Below, one piece after another: positions 34,794 to 45,175 of a stretch of DNA of 64,000 nucleotides. The notes under the pieces are model-generated. The model was not told the DNA's origin and did no database searches. It saw nothing but the letters and a program-made list of their open reading frames with translations. The stretch's first letter is position 1; each line of letters starts with the position of its first letter. Source of the DNA: a virus (Duplodnaviria > Caudoviricetes); IMG/VR virus record IMGVR_UViG_3300028886_000089, positions 5,080 to 69,079 of that record, one strand, 5' to 3'. A program made the translations under genes and the position numbers.

Positions 34794-37700
34794 ATGCGAT
34801 TTGAAACACATGCACATTCAATGTACAGTAATATAAGGCTTGTGGATTGTATTAATAAGCCCGAAGATTTAATACGTAAGGCTGCAGAGTTAGGTTTAGC
34901 AGGCATTACATTAACAGACCACGAATCTTTAAGCGGTCATGTCGATTGGTTAAATGCAGAAAAGAAATTAAAAAAAGATGGTGTTATCCCATCTGATTTT
35001 GTGTGTGCGCTTGGTAATGAGATTTATCTAGTTGATAATAGAGAAAATGCAACCAAGTTTTGGCATTTTATACTTATTGCAAAAAATAAAGAGGGTCACC
35101 GCGCGCTCAGAGAGTTATCCTCAACAGCATGGTATAATTCTTTCAGATATAGAGGTATGGAAAGAGTACCAACAACAAAAAATGAGCTTCGCGCGATTGT
35201 ACATAAATATCCAAACACGTTAATAGCGGATAGCGCATGTCTAGGGTCTGAAGTTGCACATCTAACATTAGAATTAGTTGATTTAGAAAAAGCAAAAGTA
35301 AAAGATGAGCAAGCAATTTATAATAAAAAACTTGAAATAGTTAATTTTTGTAACTTCTGTAGAGATTTATTTGGCGATGATTTTCACCTTGAGGTCGCGC
35401 CGAGTGCGTCAAAAGACCAAATTAAATATAATAAAAGAATAAAAGAAATTGCCGAAGGTTTAAATATTAAATTAGTATTTGGCGGCGATTCGCATTATTT
35501 AACTAAAGAAGATAGATTAGTTCACAAAGCATTTCTTAATTCTAAAGAGGGTGAGCGCGAAGTTGATGAATTCTACTCATATGCTTATCTTATGAATGAT
35601 GAAGAAGCATTTGAGAATTGCGCAGGTGTGTTCACAAAAGAGGAGTTCGACGAAATATGTTATAATTCAATTGAAATAATGAATAAAATTGAACATTATG
35701 AACTCGACCATTCGCCGGTCATTCCAGAAACAAAAGTTAAATATTATGTACCAGTAAAAGATGAATCACTAAAGGAGTATCCGACATTATATTTCTTACG
35801 TTCCAAAGGGACAGATAATGAAAGATATTGGGTTAATCAATGTCTGGAAGGATTAATTAAAATAAATAAGAAAGATGATACAGTATATATTAAACGTCTA
35901 GAAGAAGAAGCAGATATTATTAATACAGTTGGTAATAATTTAGGAAATGATTTATTTTCTTATTTTAATACATTTCAAAGTTATATTGACTTATTTTGGG
36001 ACTGTGGTTCAATTGTGGGGCCAGGTCGCGGAAGTTCGGTTTGTTATTTATCAAACTATCTTCTTGGCATAACTCAATTAGACCCAATTGAATACAATCT
36101 TCCAGCCTTTCGATTCTTAAACAAAGAAAGAGTTGAATTACCAGATATTGATATCGACCTCTCACCATCGAAACGTCCTCTTATTTTTAAAAAAATAAGA
36201 GAAAGAGTCGGGGAAACTAACCTGTTGCAAGTTGCAACATTCACAACAGTTGGACCGCGTTCTGCGGTTTTAACGGCATGTCGCGGCTATCGTTCAGATA
36301 ATTATCCAAATGGAATTGATAATGACGTGGCGCAATATATAGCAAGTATGATACCTTCAGAAAGAGGATTTACATGGCCACTTTCTGATATGATATATGG
36401 AAACGAAGAAAAGGGAAGAAATGCAAATAGAACTTTTATAGAAGAGGTTAATCAATATCCAGGACTATTAGAAATAATGTTTGGCATTGAAGGATTAATT
36501 TCAACTCGAAGTCAACACGCATCTGGAGTAATTATATATAATGAATCGTGTTGTGATACCGGTGCGCTAATGCGCAGTCCAGGAGGTGAATTAACAACTC
36601 AATATGCACTTCATCAGTGCGAGCAATGTGGCGATGTCAAGTTTGACTTTTTAGTAACAGAGATATGTGACAAATTAATTTCTACAATTGATTTATTACA
36701 AAAAGACGAGCTTTTACCTAAAGATGCAACGTTGCGACAGGTATATGACGAATATCTTCATCCATCTAAACTTGATATAAATGATACAAGAATATGGGAT
36801 GCATTAGGAGACGGTCATGTTATTGATGTATTTCAATTTTCAACACAAGTTGGATTACAGGCCGCGACATCTATTAAGCCTCGTAATCCAATTGAAATGA
36901 TGATGGCAAATGCATTAACAAGACTTGTTGGTGAAAGAGGACAAGAACGTCCTATTGATAGATATATTAGATTAAGAAGTAATATCAATTATTGGTATGA
37001 CGAGGTTCGTCGAAGAGGTTTAACAGAAGAAGAAATAAAATTAATTGAACCTTATTATCTTCCATCTAGTGGTTGTCCAACAACACAGGAAAAATTAATG
37101 TTAATATGTATGGGTGTTGCTAATTTTTCATTAAAAGATGCTAATGGCGCACGAAAAATAGTGGCGAAAAAACAAATTAATAAAGTTCCTGAATTAAAAC
37201 AACAATTCATTGATGGATGCGGGAGTGAAAAACTGGCAAATTATGTGTGGGACACATGTATGGCACCGCAGATGTCATACTCGTTTGCTGAGCCACATGC
37301 ACTGGCATATTCATATGTTGGAATTCAAGTATTATATTTAGCAACTAATTTCCCAGAGATATATTGGGATTGTGCCTGTCTTATATCTGATAGTGGTGGA
37401 ATGGAAGACACCTTAGATAATGATGATGTAGACATAGAAATGGGAGAAGATGAAATCGAAGAGGCTGAAACACCAAAGAAAAAGGTGAAAGCGACAAATT
37501 ATGGAAAAGTTGCAACAGCCATTGGAAAAATGATGGCGGCACACATCAATGTAACTGCGCCGGATATTAATAAATCTGAATATACTTTTACGCCAGATGC
37601 AAATAATAATTTAATTCTTCATGGATTAAGTGGAATCACTAGAGTTGGGAAAGATTTAATTAAAGATATAATGAATAATCGTCCATATAATGGAATCGAT

Positions 37701-38705
37701 GACTTTATTAATAAAATAAAGATTAATAAACCTCAAATGATTAACTTGATTAAATCGGGAGCATTTGATTCATTTTATAATGATAGATTCGATGCAATGA
37801 ATCATTATATAGATTTAATTGCAGATAAGAAAAAAAGAGTTACATTACAAAATATGAAAATGTTAATTGATTTTAATTTAATACCAGAAGAATATGATTT
37901 ACAATGCAGAGTCTATAACTTTAATAAATATTTAAAAAAGAATAAATTTGGAAATTCATATGGTCTAGATGATATTGCATTAGGGTTTTACTCATATAAT
38001 TTTGATATGGATTTACTTATACCGTGTACAGAATCAAACTATATGTTTCAAATTAAACAAACCGATTGGGATAAAATATATAAAAAACAAATGGATAAAA
38101 TTCGACCTTTTATTCAACAGAATAATGAAGAATTGTTAAACGCAATTAATAATAGATTGAGGCAAGACTTATGGGATAAATATTGTGAAGGTAATATAAG
38201 CAAATGGGAGATGGATTCTATATCTTGTTATATTCATGAACATGAGTTGGCCCATTTAAAAAATAATGTTTATGGTTTAGCAGATTTCTATAAACTTCCA
38301 AATGAGCCAGAAGTTGTATATAGATTTAAATCTAAACAAACCGGTCAATTAGTTCCGTTGTATAGAATACACAGAATTGCTGGAACAGTCTTAGATAAAG
38401 ATAAAACAAGAAAAACGATTACCTTATTAACAAAAGATGGAGTTGTGTCGGTAAAATTGTTTGGTGAAGTTTTTACACATTATGATAAACAAACATCGAC
38501 AAAAGGCGCCGATGGAAAAAAGCATATATTAGAACGTAGTTGGATTAGCCGTGGAAATAAAATTATAGTTGCAGGAATTAAAAATGGAGAAGGAGATTTT
38601 GTTGCAAAGAAATATAAAAACAGTGGTTTCCACCTTATTGAGTTAATAACTTCAATAGATGAAAATGGATATATTCAAACAAAAAAGGAGCGTGATGAGG
38701 TATGA
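34794..38705 (+). CDS. dnaE: DNA polymerase III alpha subunit (family C)
   Basis: PHP motifs HAHS, TDHE, GNEIY, GDSHY; GPGRGS; PDIDIDL; QHASGV; KFDFL; C-terminal OB fold. Confidence 0.95.
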   Translation: MRFETHAHSMYSNIRLVDCINKPEDLIRKAAELGLAGITLTDHESLSGHVDWLNAEKKLKKDGVIPSDFVCALGNEIYLVDNRENATKFWHFILIAKNKEGHRALRELSSTAWYNSFRYRGMERVPTTKNELRAIVHKYPNTLIADSACLGSEVAHLTLELVDLEKAKVKDEQAIYNKKLEIVNFCNFCRDLFGDDFHLEVAPSASKDQIKYNKRIKEIAEGLNIKLVFGGDSHYLTKEDRLVHKAFLNSKEGEREVDEFYSYAYLMNDEEAFENCAGVFTKEEFDEICYNSIEIMNKIEHYELDHSPVIPETKVKYYVPVKDESLKEYPTLYFLRSKGTDNERYWVNQCLEGLIKINKKDDTVYIKRLEEEADIINTVGNNLGNDLFSYFNTFQSYIDLFWDCGSIVGPGRGSSVCYLSNYLLGITQLDPIEYNLPAFRFLNKERVELPDIDIDLSPSKRPLIFKKIRERVGETNLLQVATFTTVGPRSAVLTACRGYRSDNYPNGIDNDVAQYIASMIPSERGFTWPLSDMIYGNEEKGRNANRTFIEEVNQYPGLLEIMFGIEGLISTRSQHASGVIIYNESCCDTGALMRSPGGELTTQYALHQCEQCGDVKFDFLVTEICDKLISTIDLLQKDELLPKDATLRQVYDEYLHPSKLDINDTRIWDALGDGHVIDVFQFSTQVGLQAATSIKPRNPIEMMMANALTRLVGERGQERPIDRYIRLRSNINYWYDEVRRRGLTEEEIKLIEPYYLPSSGCPTTQEKLMLICMGVANFSLKDANGARKIVAKKQINKVPELKQQFIDGCGSEKLANYVWDTCMAPQMSYSFAEPHALAYSYVGIQVLYLATNFPEIYWDCACLISDSGGMEDTLDNDDVDIEMGEDEIEEAETPKKKVKATNYGKVATAIGKMMAAHINVTAPDINKSEYTFTPDANNNLILHGLSGITRVGKDLIKDIMNNRPYNGIDDFINKIKINKPQMINLIKSGAFDSFYNDRFDAMNHYIDLIADKKKRVTLQNMKMLIDFNLIPEEYDLQCRVYNFNKYLKKNKFGNSYGLDDIALGFYSYNFDMDLLIPCTESNYMFQIKQTDWDKIYKKQMDKIRPFIQQNNEELLNAINNRLRQDLWDKYCEGNISKWEMDSISCYIHEHELAHLKNNVYGLADFYKLPNEPEVVYRFKSKQTGQLVPLYRIHRIAGTVLDKDKTRKTITLLTKDGVVSVKLFGEVFTHYDKQTSTKGADGKKHILERSWISRGNKIIVAGIKNGEGDFVAKKYKNSGFHLIELITSIDENGYIQTKKERDEV

Positions 38706-38878
38706 TAATAATAACTGTAGGTGATTTAGTCGCAGAACTACAACAATTACCTCAAGATGCTAATATATTTGATTTATATGGAGAACGTTTTGAGGATTTA
38801 AAATATTCTAATGAAATTTACTTGGGTGACCCGGCAAATCCTCGTGTCGAAATTACTGAGGGGTATATATTGGAATGA
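38702..38878 (+). CDS. Hypothetical 58-aa protein (not in the track)
   Basis: MIIITVGDLVAELQQLPQDA...EGYILE*; overlaps the dnaE stop and the next start (ATGA). Confidence 0.6.
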   Translation: MIIITVGDLVAELQQLPQDANIFDLYGERFEDLKYSNEIYLGDPANPRVEITEGYILE

Positions 38879-39990
38879 GTTATGGACTATATGATGCTGA
38901 CCTCCCTTACTATCCAATTCCATTTTACAATTTAGAACTAATGAAATTGTCTTCCTATTATAAACGCAAGCGAGAGATAGTCGGGTTATCACCCGACTTC
39001 TCTCCGCAGAGATATAATCATTTTATTATACGCCAAGATTTTTATAATCCATACTCACACTTTAAAGGTCAGAATGTCGAACTTGGCGGCCGCGCCTTCG
39101 ACGGAGAAACATATAAGCCTCTTCCAATAGAAATTGAACGAATGCGACCAGACATAGGACTTTATGATAGAGTGAAGCCGAATCAAATCAAGGGCTATAA
39201 CAAAAGTGCTTTAAGTACAATGCGGCGAGCCGAACATTTGCGCTTATCGCTTGATGGTAAAACAATTTGGAAAGATTTTGAGCGACAATTTCGCAATGAA
39301 GATAAGGCTTATGGAGTTATTTTCCATGACTACAATCTGAATGATGTTGAAGGCGCGCGAGTGTTAATAGAAGAATCTATCAACGAATGGATACCTCATG
39401 CGACCGGCCGCCGTATAGGTATGAAGTATCCGGTTATCGTAGACAACAAAGAAGACTTAATTTCATGGCTTTCATTTCAACCTATGATTCCATATTTCTC
39501 CCTTGTCCATAAAGGACTCATCGACGAATCATATATTCCCGACCTAGTCGAAGTTTATCGCACATCAAATGCAATTCGTCAAACCTCTATTGACATCCGT
39601 GATTGTTTCTCAAATTACGAACTTGTCCATGGCGGCATTCAGCGAATTTTCCGCAATATAATAAATTTACGTAGTCATTGCCTTACTTTTCCACTTATTT
39701 ATAATGAGAATGCGCTCATTGACTCCGATTGGAAAATGGTAATGAAGTTAATTCTACGATATAACACTCACTTGGCTACGAACGGAGACCCAGAGTTCTT
39801 CCGTAGAGTAGAACCATTTGAAACATTATACAGTTATTGCTTTGGCGCAATAAAACAATATCAAATTAAAGAACCATTACTTGAAAAGGAATCAATACAA
39901 AAAATCTTTCAATTCGTAAGAGAAAACAATTACGACTTATTCAAAGATTTCTATGAATACCGTGGAGGTGAAGTAAGAAATGACAGGTGA
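38875..39990 (+). CDS. Degenerate radical-SAM-associated family protein lacking CxxxCxxC
   Basis: GLYDAD...NLELMKLSSYYK...GGRAF...LPIEIERMRPDIGLY resembles the N-terminus of phage radical SAM proteins; no Cys triad. Confidence 0.55.
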   Translation: MSYGLYDADLPYYPIPFYNLELMKLSSYYKRKREIVGLSPDFSPQRYNHFIIRQDFYNPYSHFKGQNVELGGRAFDGETYKPLPIEIERMRPDIGLYDRVKPNQIKGYNKSALSTMRRAEHLRLSLDGKTIWKDFERQFRNEDKAYGVIFHDYNLNDVEGARVLIEESINEWIPHATGRRIGMKYPVIVDNKEDLISWLSFQPMIPYFSLVHKGLIDESYIPDLVEVYRTSNAIRQTSIDIRDCFSNYELVHGGIQRIFRNIINLRSHCLTFPLIYNENALIDSDWKMVMKLILRYNTHLATNGDPEFFRRVEPFETLYSYCFGAIKQYQIKEPLLEKESIQKIFQFVRENNYDLFKDFYEYRGGEVRNDR

Positions 39991-40168
39991 AGAAATTAGA
40001 GATAAAATTAATTTCAACAACCAAAAAATCCAATCGTTAATGGACCCATCTATATTCATTCTTCAACCAGAAGTACAAAAATATATGGAAGATAATGAAT
40101 ATCTCAAAACAATTTGTCCTCACAAATATGAAAATGGAGTATGTATTTATTGCGGACAAACAGAATAA
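39980..40168 (+). CDS. Small Zn-ribbon protein
   Basis: CPHKYENGVCIYCG; GGAGG RBS. Confidence 0.65.
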   Translation: MTGEEIRDKINFNNQKIQSLMDPSIFILQPEVQKYMEDNEYLKTICPHKYENGVCIYCGQTE

Positions 40169-40205
40169 TCAATCCTTAATATAATTAATTGCTTAGGAGG
40201 GATAA

Positions 40206-42425
40206 ATGCAATACATTAAGAAAAGAGATGGTAGAGTAGTTGAATTTAATAAGAATAAAATTGTTAATGCTATATTAAAAGCCTTTCAACAAGTTGACGG
40301 AGATATTTCAAATTACGCCCTTGATAAGGCAAACAATATAGCTAATTTTATTGAAAATGAAACTGAACAAGTACTAACAGTAGAAGAAATCCAAGACCTC
40401 GTCGAAAATGGACTTATGTCTACAAAACGTAAAGACGTGGCAAGAGCCTATATTAAATACAGGCAAGAGCGCAGTCGTGAGCGCGAATGGAACACGAAGA
40501 TGATGGATAAGGTTGCTGTCAAGTTGGCCGCTTCCGATGTCCAGAATCAAAATGCAAACGTCGATGAATACTCATTCGGCGGCCGCAGAGGAGAAGCTGA
40601 TTCTGTAATTTTCAAACAGTATGCACTTGATAACCTTATATCAAAGATGGCACGCAACAACCATTTAAACAATGAAATTTACATCCACGACCTTGATGCT
40701 TACATCCTCGGCATGCACAATTGTCTAACGGTTCCATTTGATGACCTGCTTGCGACTGGTTTTAATACAAGACAAACAGATGTTCGTCCAGCAAACTCAA
40801 TTAACACAGCCTTTCAGTTGGTAGCCGTTCTGTTCCAGCTTCAATCGCTTCAACAGTTCGGTGGTGTAAGTGCATCGCATCTTGATTGGACAATGGTTCC
40901 TTATGTAAGAAAAAGTTTCTATAAACACTTTTGTAATGGATTACAATATATAGAACTACCAGATCTATATTATAAAAATAAACCTGATGGTAGCCACGTG
41001 CAATTTTTAACTATTCGTAATAAATTTTCTAGTGATATGAGTATTGATGCTTCAGAGTATAAAGAATATCCTAAGGCTTATCAATATGCCATGGATATGA
41101 CAGAGAAAGAAATGAACCAAGCTGTAGAAGGAATGTATCATAACCTTAATACTTTACAAAGCAGAAGCGGAAATCAGCTTCCTTTCACTTCAATCAACTA
41201 TGGCACATGCACTTTACCAGAGGGCCGCATGATTATCAAAGCCTTACTTGAAGGCTCAATCAAGGGAGTAGGCAAACTCCATAAAACAGCTATCTTCCCT
41301 TGCGGCATCTTCCAATATATGAAAGGCGTCAATGACAAACCAGGGACTCCAAATTACGATTTGTATAGACTTGCTCTTGAATCGACTGCAAAACGCTTAT
41401 ATCCAAATTACGCAAACGTAGATTGGTCAGGCAATGCGGGCTATGACGTTAATGACCCAAGCACATATTTTTCCACAATGGGATGTCGTACTGCCAATGG
41501 CTACGATATTAATGGGTTCGGGCAGTTAAAAGACGGTCGTGGTAATATCTGTCCAGTAACCATTATACTCCCAACACTTGCAATGGAGGCAGGAAATGTT
41601 GAAGACTTTATGGTTTTACTTGATGAAAAGATTCACGAAGCCAAGGACATGCTACTTGAGAGGTTTGAGTATATATGTTCTCAAAGCCCATCCTCCGCAA
41701 AATTTATGTATGAGAATGGAACAATGAAGGGCTATGTGCCAGAAGAAGGCATACGTTCTGCTCTCAAACATGGAACAATCGTAATTGGACAACTCGGTCT
41801 TGCCGAATGTCTACAAATTCTTATTGGTTGCGACCACACAACTGATGAGGGTATGAAACTTGCAAAGCGCATTGAGCAACTTTTTAAAGATAGATGCGCT
41901 GAGTTCAAACAAACCTATAAATTGAATTTTGGAGTATATTATACTCCAGCAGAAAACCTCTGCTACACAGCCATGAAAAAGTTCAAAGAAGACTTCGGAG
42001 AACTTCCAAATATCAGCGACAGAGATTACTTTACAAACTCAATGCACGTACCAGTATGGAAAGAGATTTCACCATTCGATAAAATTGACATCGAATCAGA
42101 ACTCACCGGTTATTCCAGTGCCGGATGCATTACTTACGTTGAATTAGAAGGGGCAATATTAAAAAATCTTGATGCATTAGAACAAATCGTATCCTATGCT
42201 ATGGATAAAGATATTCCTTACTTCGCAATCAATGTACCTAATGATACCTGTCTTGAATGTGGGTGGACAGGTGAAATTGAAAACGAATGTCCAGAATGTG
42301 GTTCAAAAAATATACAACGTCTAAGACGTGTAACTGGATATTTAACTGGCAACTACACAACTGCTTTTAACATAGGTAAACAGCATGAAGTTGAAGACCG
42401 ATTCAAACATAGCAAAAAGCTTTAA
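40206..42425 (+). CDS. nrdD: Anaerobic (class III) ribonucleoside-triphosphate reductase
   Basis: N-terminal ATP cone, TMGCRT, CxxC..CxxC, RRVTGYL glycyl-radical motif. Confidence 0.95.
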   Translation: MQYIKKRDGRVVEFNKNKIVNAILKAFQQVDGDISNYALDKANNIANFIENETEQVLTVEEIQDLVENGLMSTKRKDVARAYIKYRQERSREREWNTKMMDKVAVKLAASDVQNQNANVDEYSFGGRRGEADSVIFKQYALDNLISKMARNNHLNNEIYIHDLDAYILGMHNCLTVPFDDLLATGFNTRQTDVRPANSINTAFQLVAVLFQLQSLQQFGGVSASHLDWTMVPYVRKSFYKHFCNGLQYIELPDLYYKNKPDGSHVQFLTIRNKFSSDMSIDASEYKEYPKAYQYAMDMTEKEMNQAVEGMYHNLNTLQSRSGNQLPFTSINYGTCTLPEGRMIIKALLEGSIKGVGKLHKTAIFPCGIFQYMKGVNDKPGTPNYDLYRLALESTAKRLYPNYANVDWSGNAGYDVNDPSTYFSTMGCRTANGYDINGFGQLKDGRGNICPVTIILPTLAMEAGNVEDFMVLLDEKIHEAKDMLLERFEYICSQSPSSAKFMYENGTMKGYVPEEGIRSALKHGTIVIGQLGLAECLQILIGCDHTTDEGMKLAKRIEQLFKDRCAEFKQTYKLNFGVYYTPAENLCYTAMKKFKEDFGELPNISDRDYFTNSMHVPVWKEISPFDKIDIESELTGYSSAGCITYVELEGAILKNLDALEQIVSYAMDKDIPYFAINVPNDTCLECGWTGEIENECPECGSKNIQRLRRVTGYLTGNYTTAFNIGKQHEVEDRFKHSKKL

Positions 42426-42957
42426 TGCTGTAATAGCAGGATTGTTAATTGGTTTGGGTGTTATTATTAACACCCAAACCAAACCACCAATTTTAGGAGC
42501 ATTGTTATTTAGTTTTGGATTATTAACTATAATCCATTTAAAGCTTCCTTTATATACTGGAAAAATTGGTTACTTAAAAGATAAGTTAGCTTTAATTTTA
42601 GTCTTTAATTTAATCGGCATCGGAATAACTGTTGCGGCCTACTATATAGCTAATTCGCAGTTTCATGAACTCATTAGCGCGGCCGCGAGTGTAAAGTTTG
42701 AAAAAACATATGCTCAAATGTTATTCGGAGGAATATTCTGCGGGATGCTTATCCACTTTGCAGTTAAATGTAAAGTATCATATTTAACTTCAATGGCAGT
42801 AATCATATTCATACTCATCGGTGCCGAACACTGTATAGCAGATTTTCCATATTTACTTACCACCCTTTCACTACCCCACATAGGAAAATTTTTAATGGTA
42901 ATTCTTGGAAACTCTATCGGTGCAATTTTGATAGAAAAAGGTATAAGTTATGAATAG
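42385..42957 (+). CDS. Formate/nitrite transporter (FNT/FocA-like channel)
   Basis: Multiple TM segments; AGLLIGLG, GALLFSFGL..LYTGKIG, GIFCGMLI, FILIGAEHCIAD. Confidence 0.8.
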   Translation: MKLKTDSNIAKSFNAVIAGLLIGLGVIINTQTKPPILGALLFSFGLLTIIHLKLPLYTGKIGYLKDKLALILVFNLIGIGITVAAYYIANSQFHELISAAASVKFEKTYAQMLFGGIFCGMLIHFAVKCKVSYLTSMAVIIFILIGAEHCIADFPYLLTTLSLPHIGKFLMVILGNSIGAILIEKGISYE

Positions 42958-43453
42958 ATATAGCGCAGTAATACCGAATGATGTTGTTAATGGACGAGGC
43001 GTATGCACTAGTTTTTGGGTGCAAGGATGTCCGCATCACTGCCCCGGTTGTTTTAATGAAGAAACATGGGACTTCAATGGGGGTATTCCATACACCCCAG
43101 AAGTCAAATGGGAAATAATTAAGGCAATTTCAGCCAATAACATCACCCGTAACTTTTCTGTCCTTGGAGGAGAACCATTAGCTCCACAAAATATAGATAT
43201 GACATGGGAAGTTATTGACGCGGTGCGCCACGCTTATCCACATATTGAAATTACTTTGTGGACGGGTTATACATATGAAGAGCTAGCAGCGCGGCAAAAT
43301 GAAAATCTGTTAAACATTTTAAATACAATAGATGTATTAGTTGATGGGCCTTTTATTGAAGAAGAAAAGGATTTATCGTTGCGTCTACGAGGCAGCCGCA
43401 ATCAGCATATTCGAGTGCGTAAACATAATTATTGGGAGATAGAAGATGATTGA
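42950..43453 (+). CDS. nrdG: Anaerobic RNR activating radical SAM enzyme
   Basis: QGCPHHCPGCFN, LGGEPL, WTGY, DVLVDGPF, GSRNQ. Confidence 0.95.
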   Translation: MNRYSAVIPNDVVNGRGVCTSFWVQGCPHHCPGCFNEETWDFNGGIPYTPEVKWEIIKAISANNITRNFSVLGGEPLAPQNIDMTWEVIDAVRHAYPHIEITLWTGYTYEELAARQNENLLNILNTIDVLVDGPFIEEEKDLSLRLRGSRNQHIRVRKHNYWEIEDD

Positions 43454-43643
43454 TGATTTAAAAATTGATATTGAAAAATTTAATAGAATCGTTAAAGCAA
43501 TTAAAAAAAGCAATATGAAAGAAGTTTCATTTGAGTTTTTAGTTGGTAGTTGTTTCCCAAAGGCGCTTGAAAATGTTAAAGAAGAGATGAGACGTCAATA
43601 TACATTAGGATATGTTGAAGGTCAAAAGGAGGGAAAAGAATGA
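43446..43643 (+). CDS. Hypothetical protein
   Basis: Coupled ORF. Confidence 0.6.
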   Translation: MIDDLKIDIEKFNRIVKAIKKSNMKEVSFEFLVGSCFPKALENVKEEMRRQYTLGYVEGQKEGKE

Positions 43644-43978
43644 TTAAATGGGCTTTATTAAATATTCTTTTAGCCTTTACTACTGGAGTAATTGCATTAC
43701 TTTCAGTATCAAGGCATAAAGATATAGATTTAAAACCTTTTGAAAAAAGAAAGGTTTATTTAGCAAAAAGTATTGCTGTATATATTGGTATAGTTGCTTG
43801 TTTAATTTGTTTATTTAGTGAACAATCAACTGGTATGGATATACTGGTTGCAGATAAATGGTCAATTATATTATTTTTCTTTTTAATAGGAGAATTATTA
43901 ACAGATTACTTTGTAGCTAAAAAATGTCATCCTAAACAATGGAAACATTATAGAGATAGAGATGACGAAAATGAATAA
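43640..43978 (+). CDS. Hypothetical membrane protein (about 3 TM)
   Basis: Hydrophobic segments. Confidence 0.6.
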   Translation: MIKWALLNILLAFTTGVIALLSVSRHKDIDLKPFEKRKVYLAKSIAVYIGIVACLICLFSEQSTGMDILVADKWSIILFFFLIGELLTDYFVAKKCHPKQWKHYRDRDDENE

Positions 43979-43988
43979 ATATATTTTT

Positions 43989-44018
43989 AACGGTCAATCT
44001 TAATAGATTGGCCGTTTT
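43989..44018 (+). terminator. Intrinsic terminator
   Basis: AACGGTCAATCT-TAAT-AGATTGGCCGTT followed by T residues. Confidence 0.7.
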
Positions 44019-44023
44019 AAATT

Positions 44024-44052
44024 TTGACAAAAAAAATTTTTTCTGGTATAAT
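44024..44052 (+). promoter_or_regulatory. SigA-type promoter
   Basis: TTGACA-17 nt-TATAAT with TG. Confidence 0.85.
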
Positions 44053-44082
44053 ATATATAGAATAAGAAAGGAGTTTTATATT

Positions 44083-44967
44083 ATGCAATTCAAAAAAACA
44101 GAAGTATATAATTTTGAAGGTAGTTTTAGAGGTATGCGCAATCCGATGAATTCATGGGATAGGTCTGATAGTTGTTTTGGCATTGTAGATATCTATAATA
44201 GTGATGCATTAACAGACGTATGTGATGCTTGGATTGATGATGAAAACGAAGAACGTATTGAGCGCGGACTTGAACCATATAGTCATGATATGGAACGTTA
44301 TAATGAATATTATGATAAACTTGAGGAATATGGTAATTGGTTAAAAGAAAACGGTATTTTATCAAAGAATTTAAATTATGATGATTTGTATAACGTAGCT
44401 TTTCTTGGACCACATGATTTATATCTTGCTAAAAGTCTTGTTCTTGCTGGCGCAGAACACGCAAAATTTTTGCGTCAGATTTTTGTATCTGTTGATATTA
44501 CCGCGCCGCTTTATTGGTGGAAAGAATTTGATACATATAAAGTTGGTACGGTAGCTAATTCAACATCTACAATGCATAAACTTTCAGCAGAGCCAATTAC
44601 AAAAGAAATGTTTAACTTCGTTGATAATAGCGATGATTTAATTGTAAGTCAAGGTAAATCAATCTGTGGTGAATGGGAATATGTATTTAGTGACTATATT
44701 GATGATATAGTTGATATGTGCGAAAATCTTCGTCTTAAATTCAAAGAAACAGGCGATGCTGCATATTGGAAAGCACTTATACAAATACTACCAAATGCAT
44801 ATTTACAAACTCGTACAGTAACAATGTCATATGCCAACTTACGAAACATATATTTTCAGCGCCATCATCATAAGCTGACCGAATGGCATGAGTTTTGTGA
44901 TTGGATACAGACATTACCATATAGTAAAGAACTTATAACCTTAGGAGGAAATGATGAGACTCATTAA
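44083..44967 (+). CDS. Divergent ThyX/Thy1-like thymidylate synthase family protein
   Basis: Start at ATG 44083 after AAGGAG (track start 44008); HAKFLRQI..DITAPLYWW.EFDTYKVGT..NS.STMHKL...LP..YLQTRT...NIYFQR..HKL.EW. Confidence 0.65.
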   Translation: MQFKKTEVYNFEGSFRGMRNPMNSWDRSDSCFGIVDIYNSDALTDVCDAWIDDENEERIERGLEPYSHDMERYNEYYDKLEEYGNWLKENGILSKNLNYDDLYNVAFLGPHDLYLAKSLVLAGAEHAKFLRQIFVSVDITAPLYWWKEFDTYKVGTVANSTSTMHKLSAEPITKEMFNFVDNSDDLIVSQGKSICGEWEYVFSDYIDDIVDMCENLRLKFKETGDAAYWKALIQILPNAYLQTRTVTMSYANLRNIYFQRHHHKLTEWHEFCDWIQTLPYSKELITLGGNDETH

Positions 44968-45175
44968 AAGAACAGAAGAATATGTAGTAGATTCCGAAGA
45001 AGATGCAATCAAACTTATCCAAAACTTTAAAGATGATGCAGAGAAAAATGGATATATACTCGGCGCGAGTGGATATACATACAAAACAAAGAAAGCTAAA
45101 GGTGAAATCATTGGTGAAGTTTGGGTATGTAAAATAACAAAAATACTCGGAGGTGTTTGGGACGATTATGAATGA
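44951..45175 (+). CDS. Hypothetical protein
   Basis: AGGAGG RBS. Confidence 0.65.
   Translation: MMRLIKRTEEYVVDSEEDAIKLIQNFKDDAEKNGYILGASGYTYKTKKAKGEIIGEVWVCKITKILGGVWDDYE

Noticed and set aside
34794-42425. Inteins or introns in dnaE or nrdD
   Set aside because: Both ORFs are continuous and of expected length, with no intein block or LAGLIDADG motifs seen.
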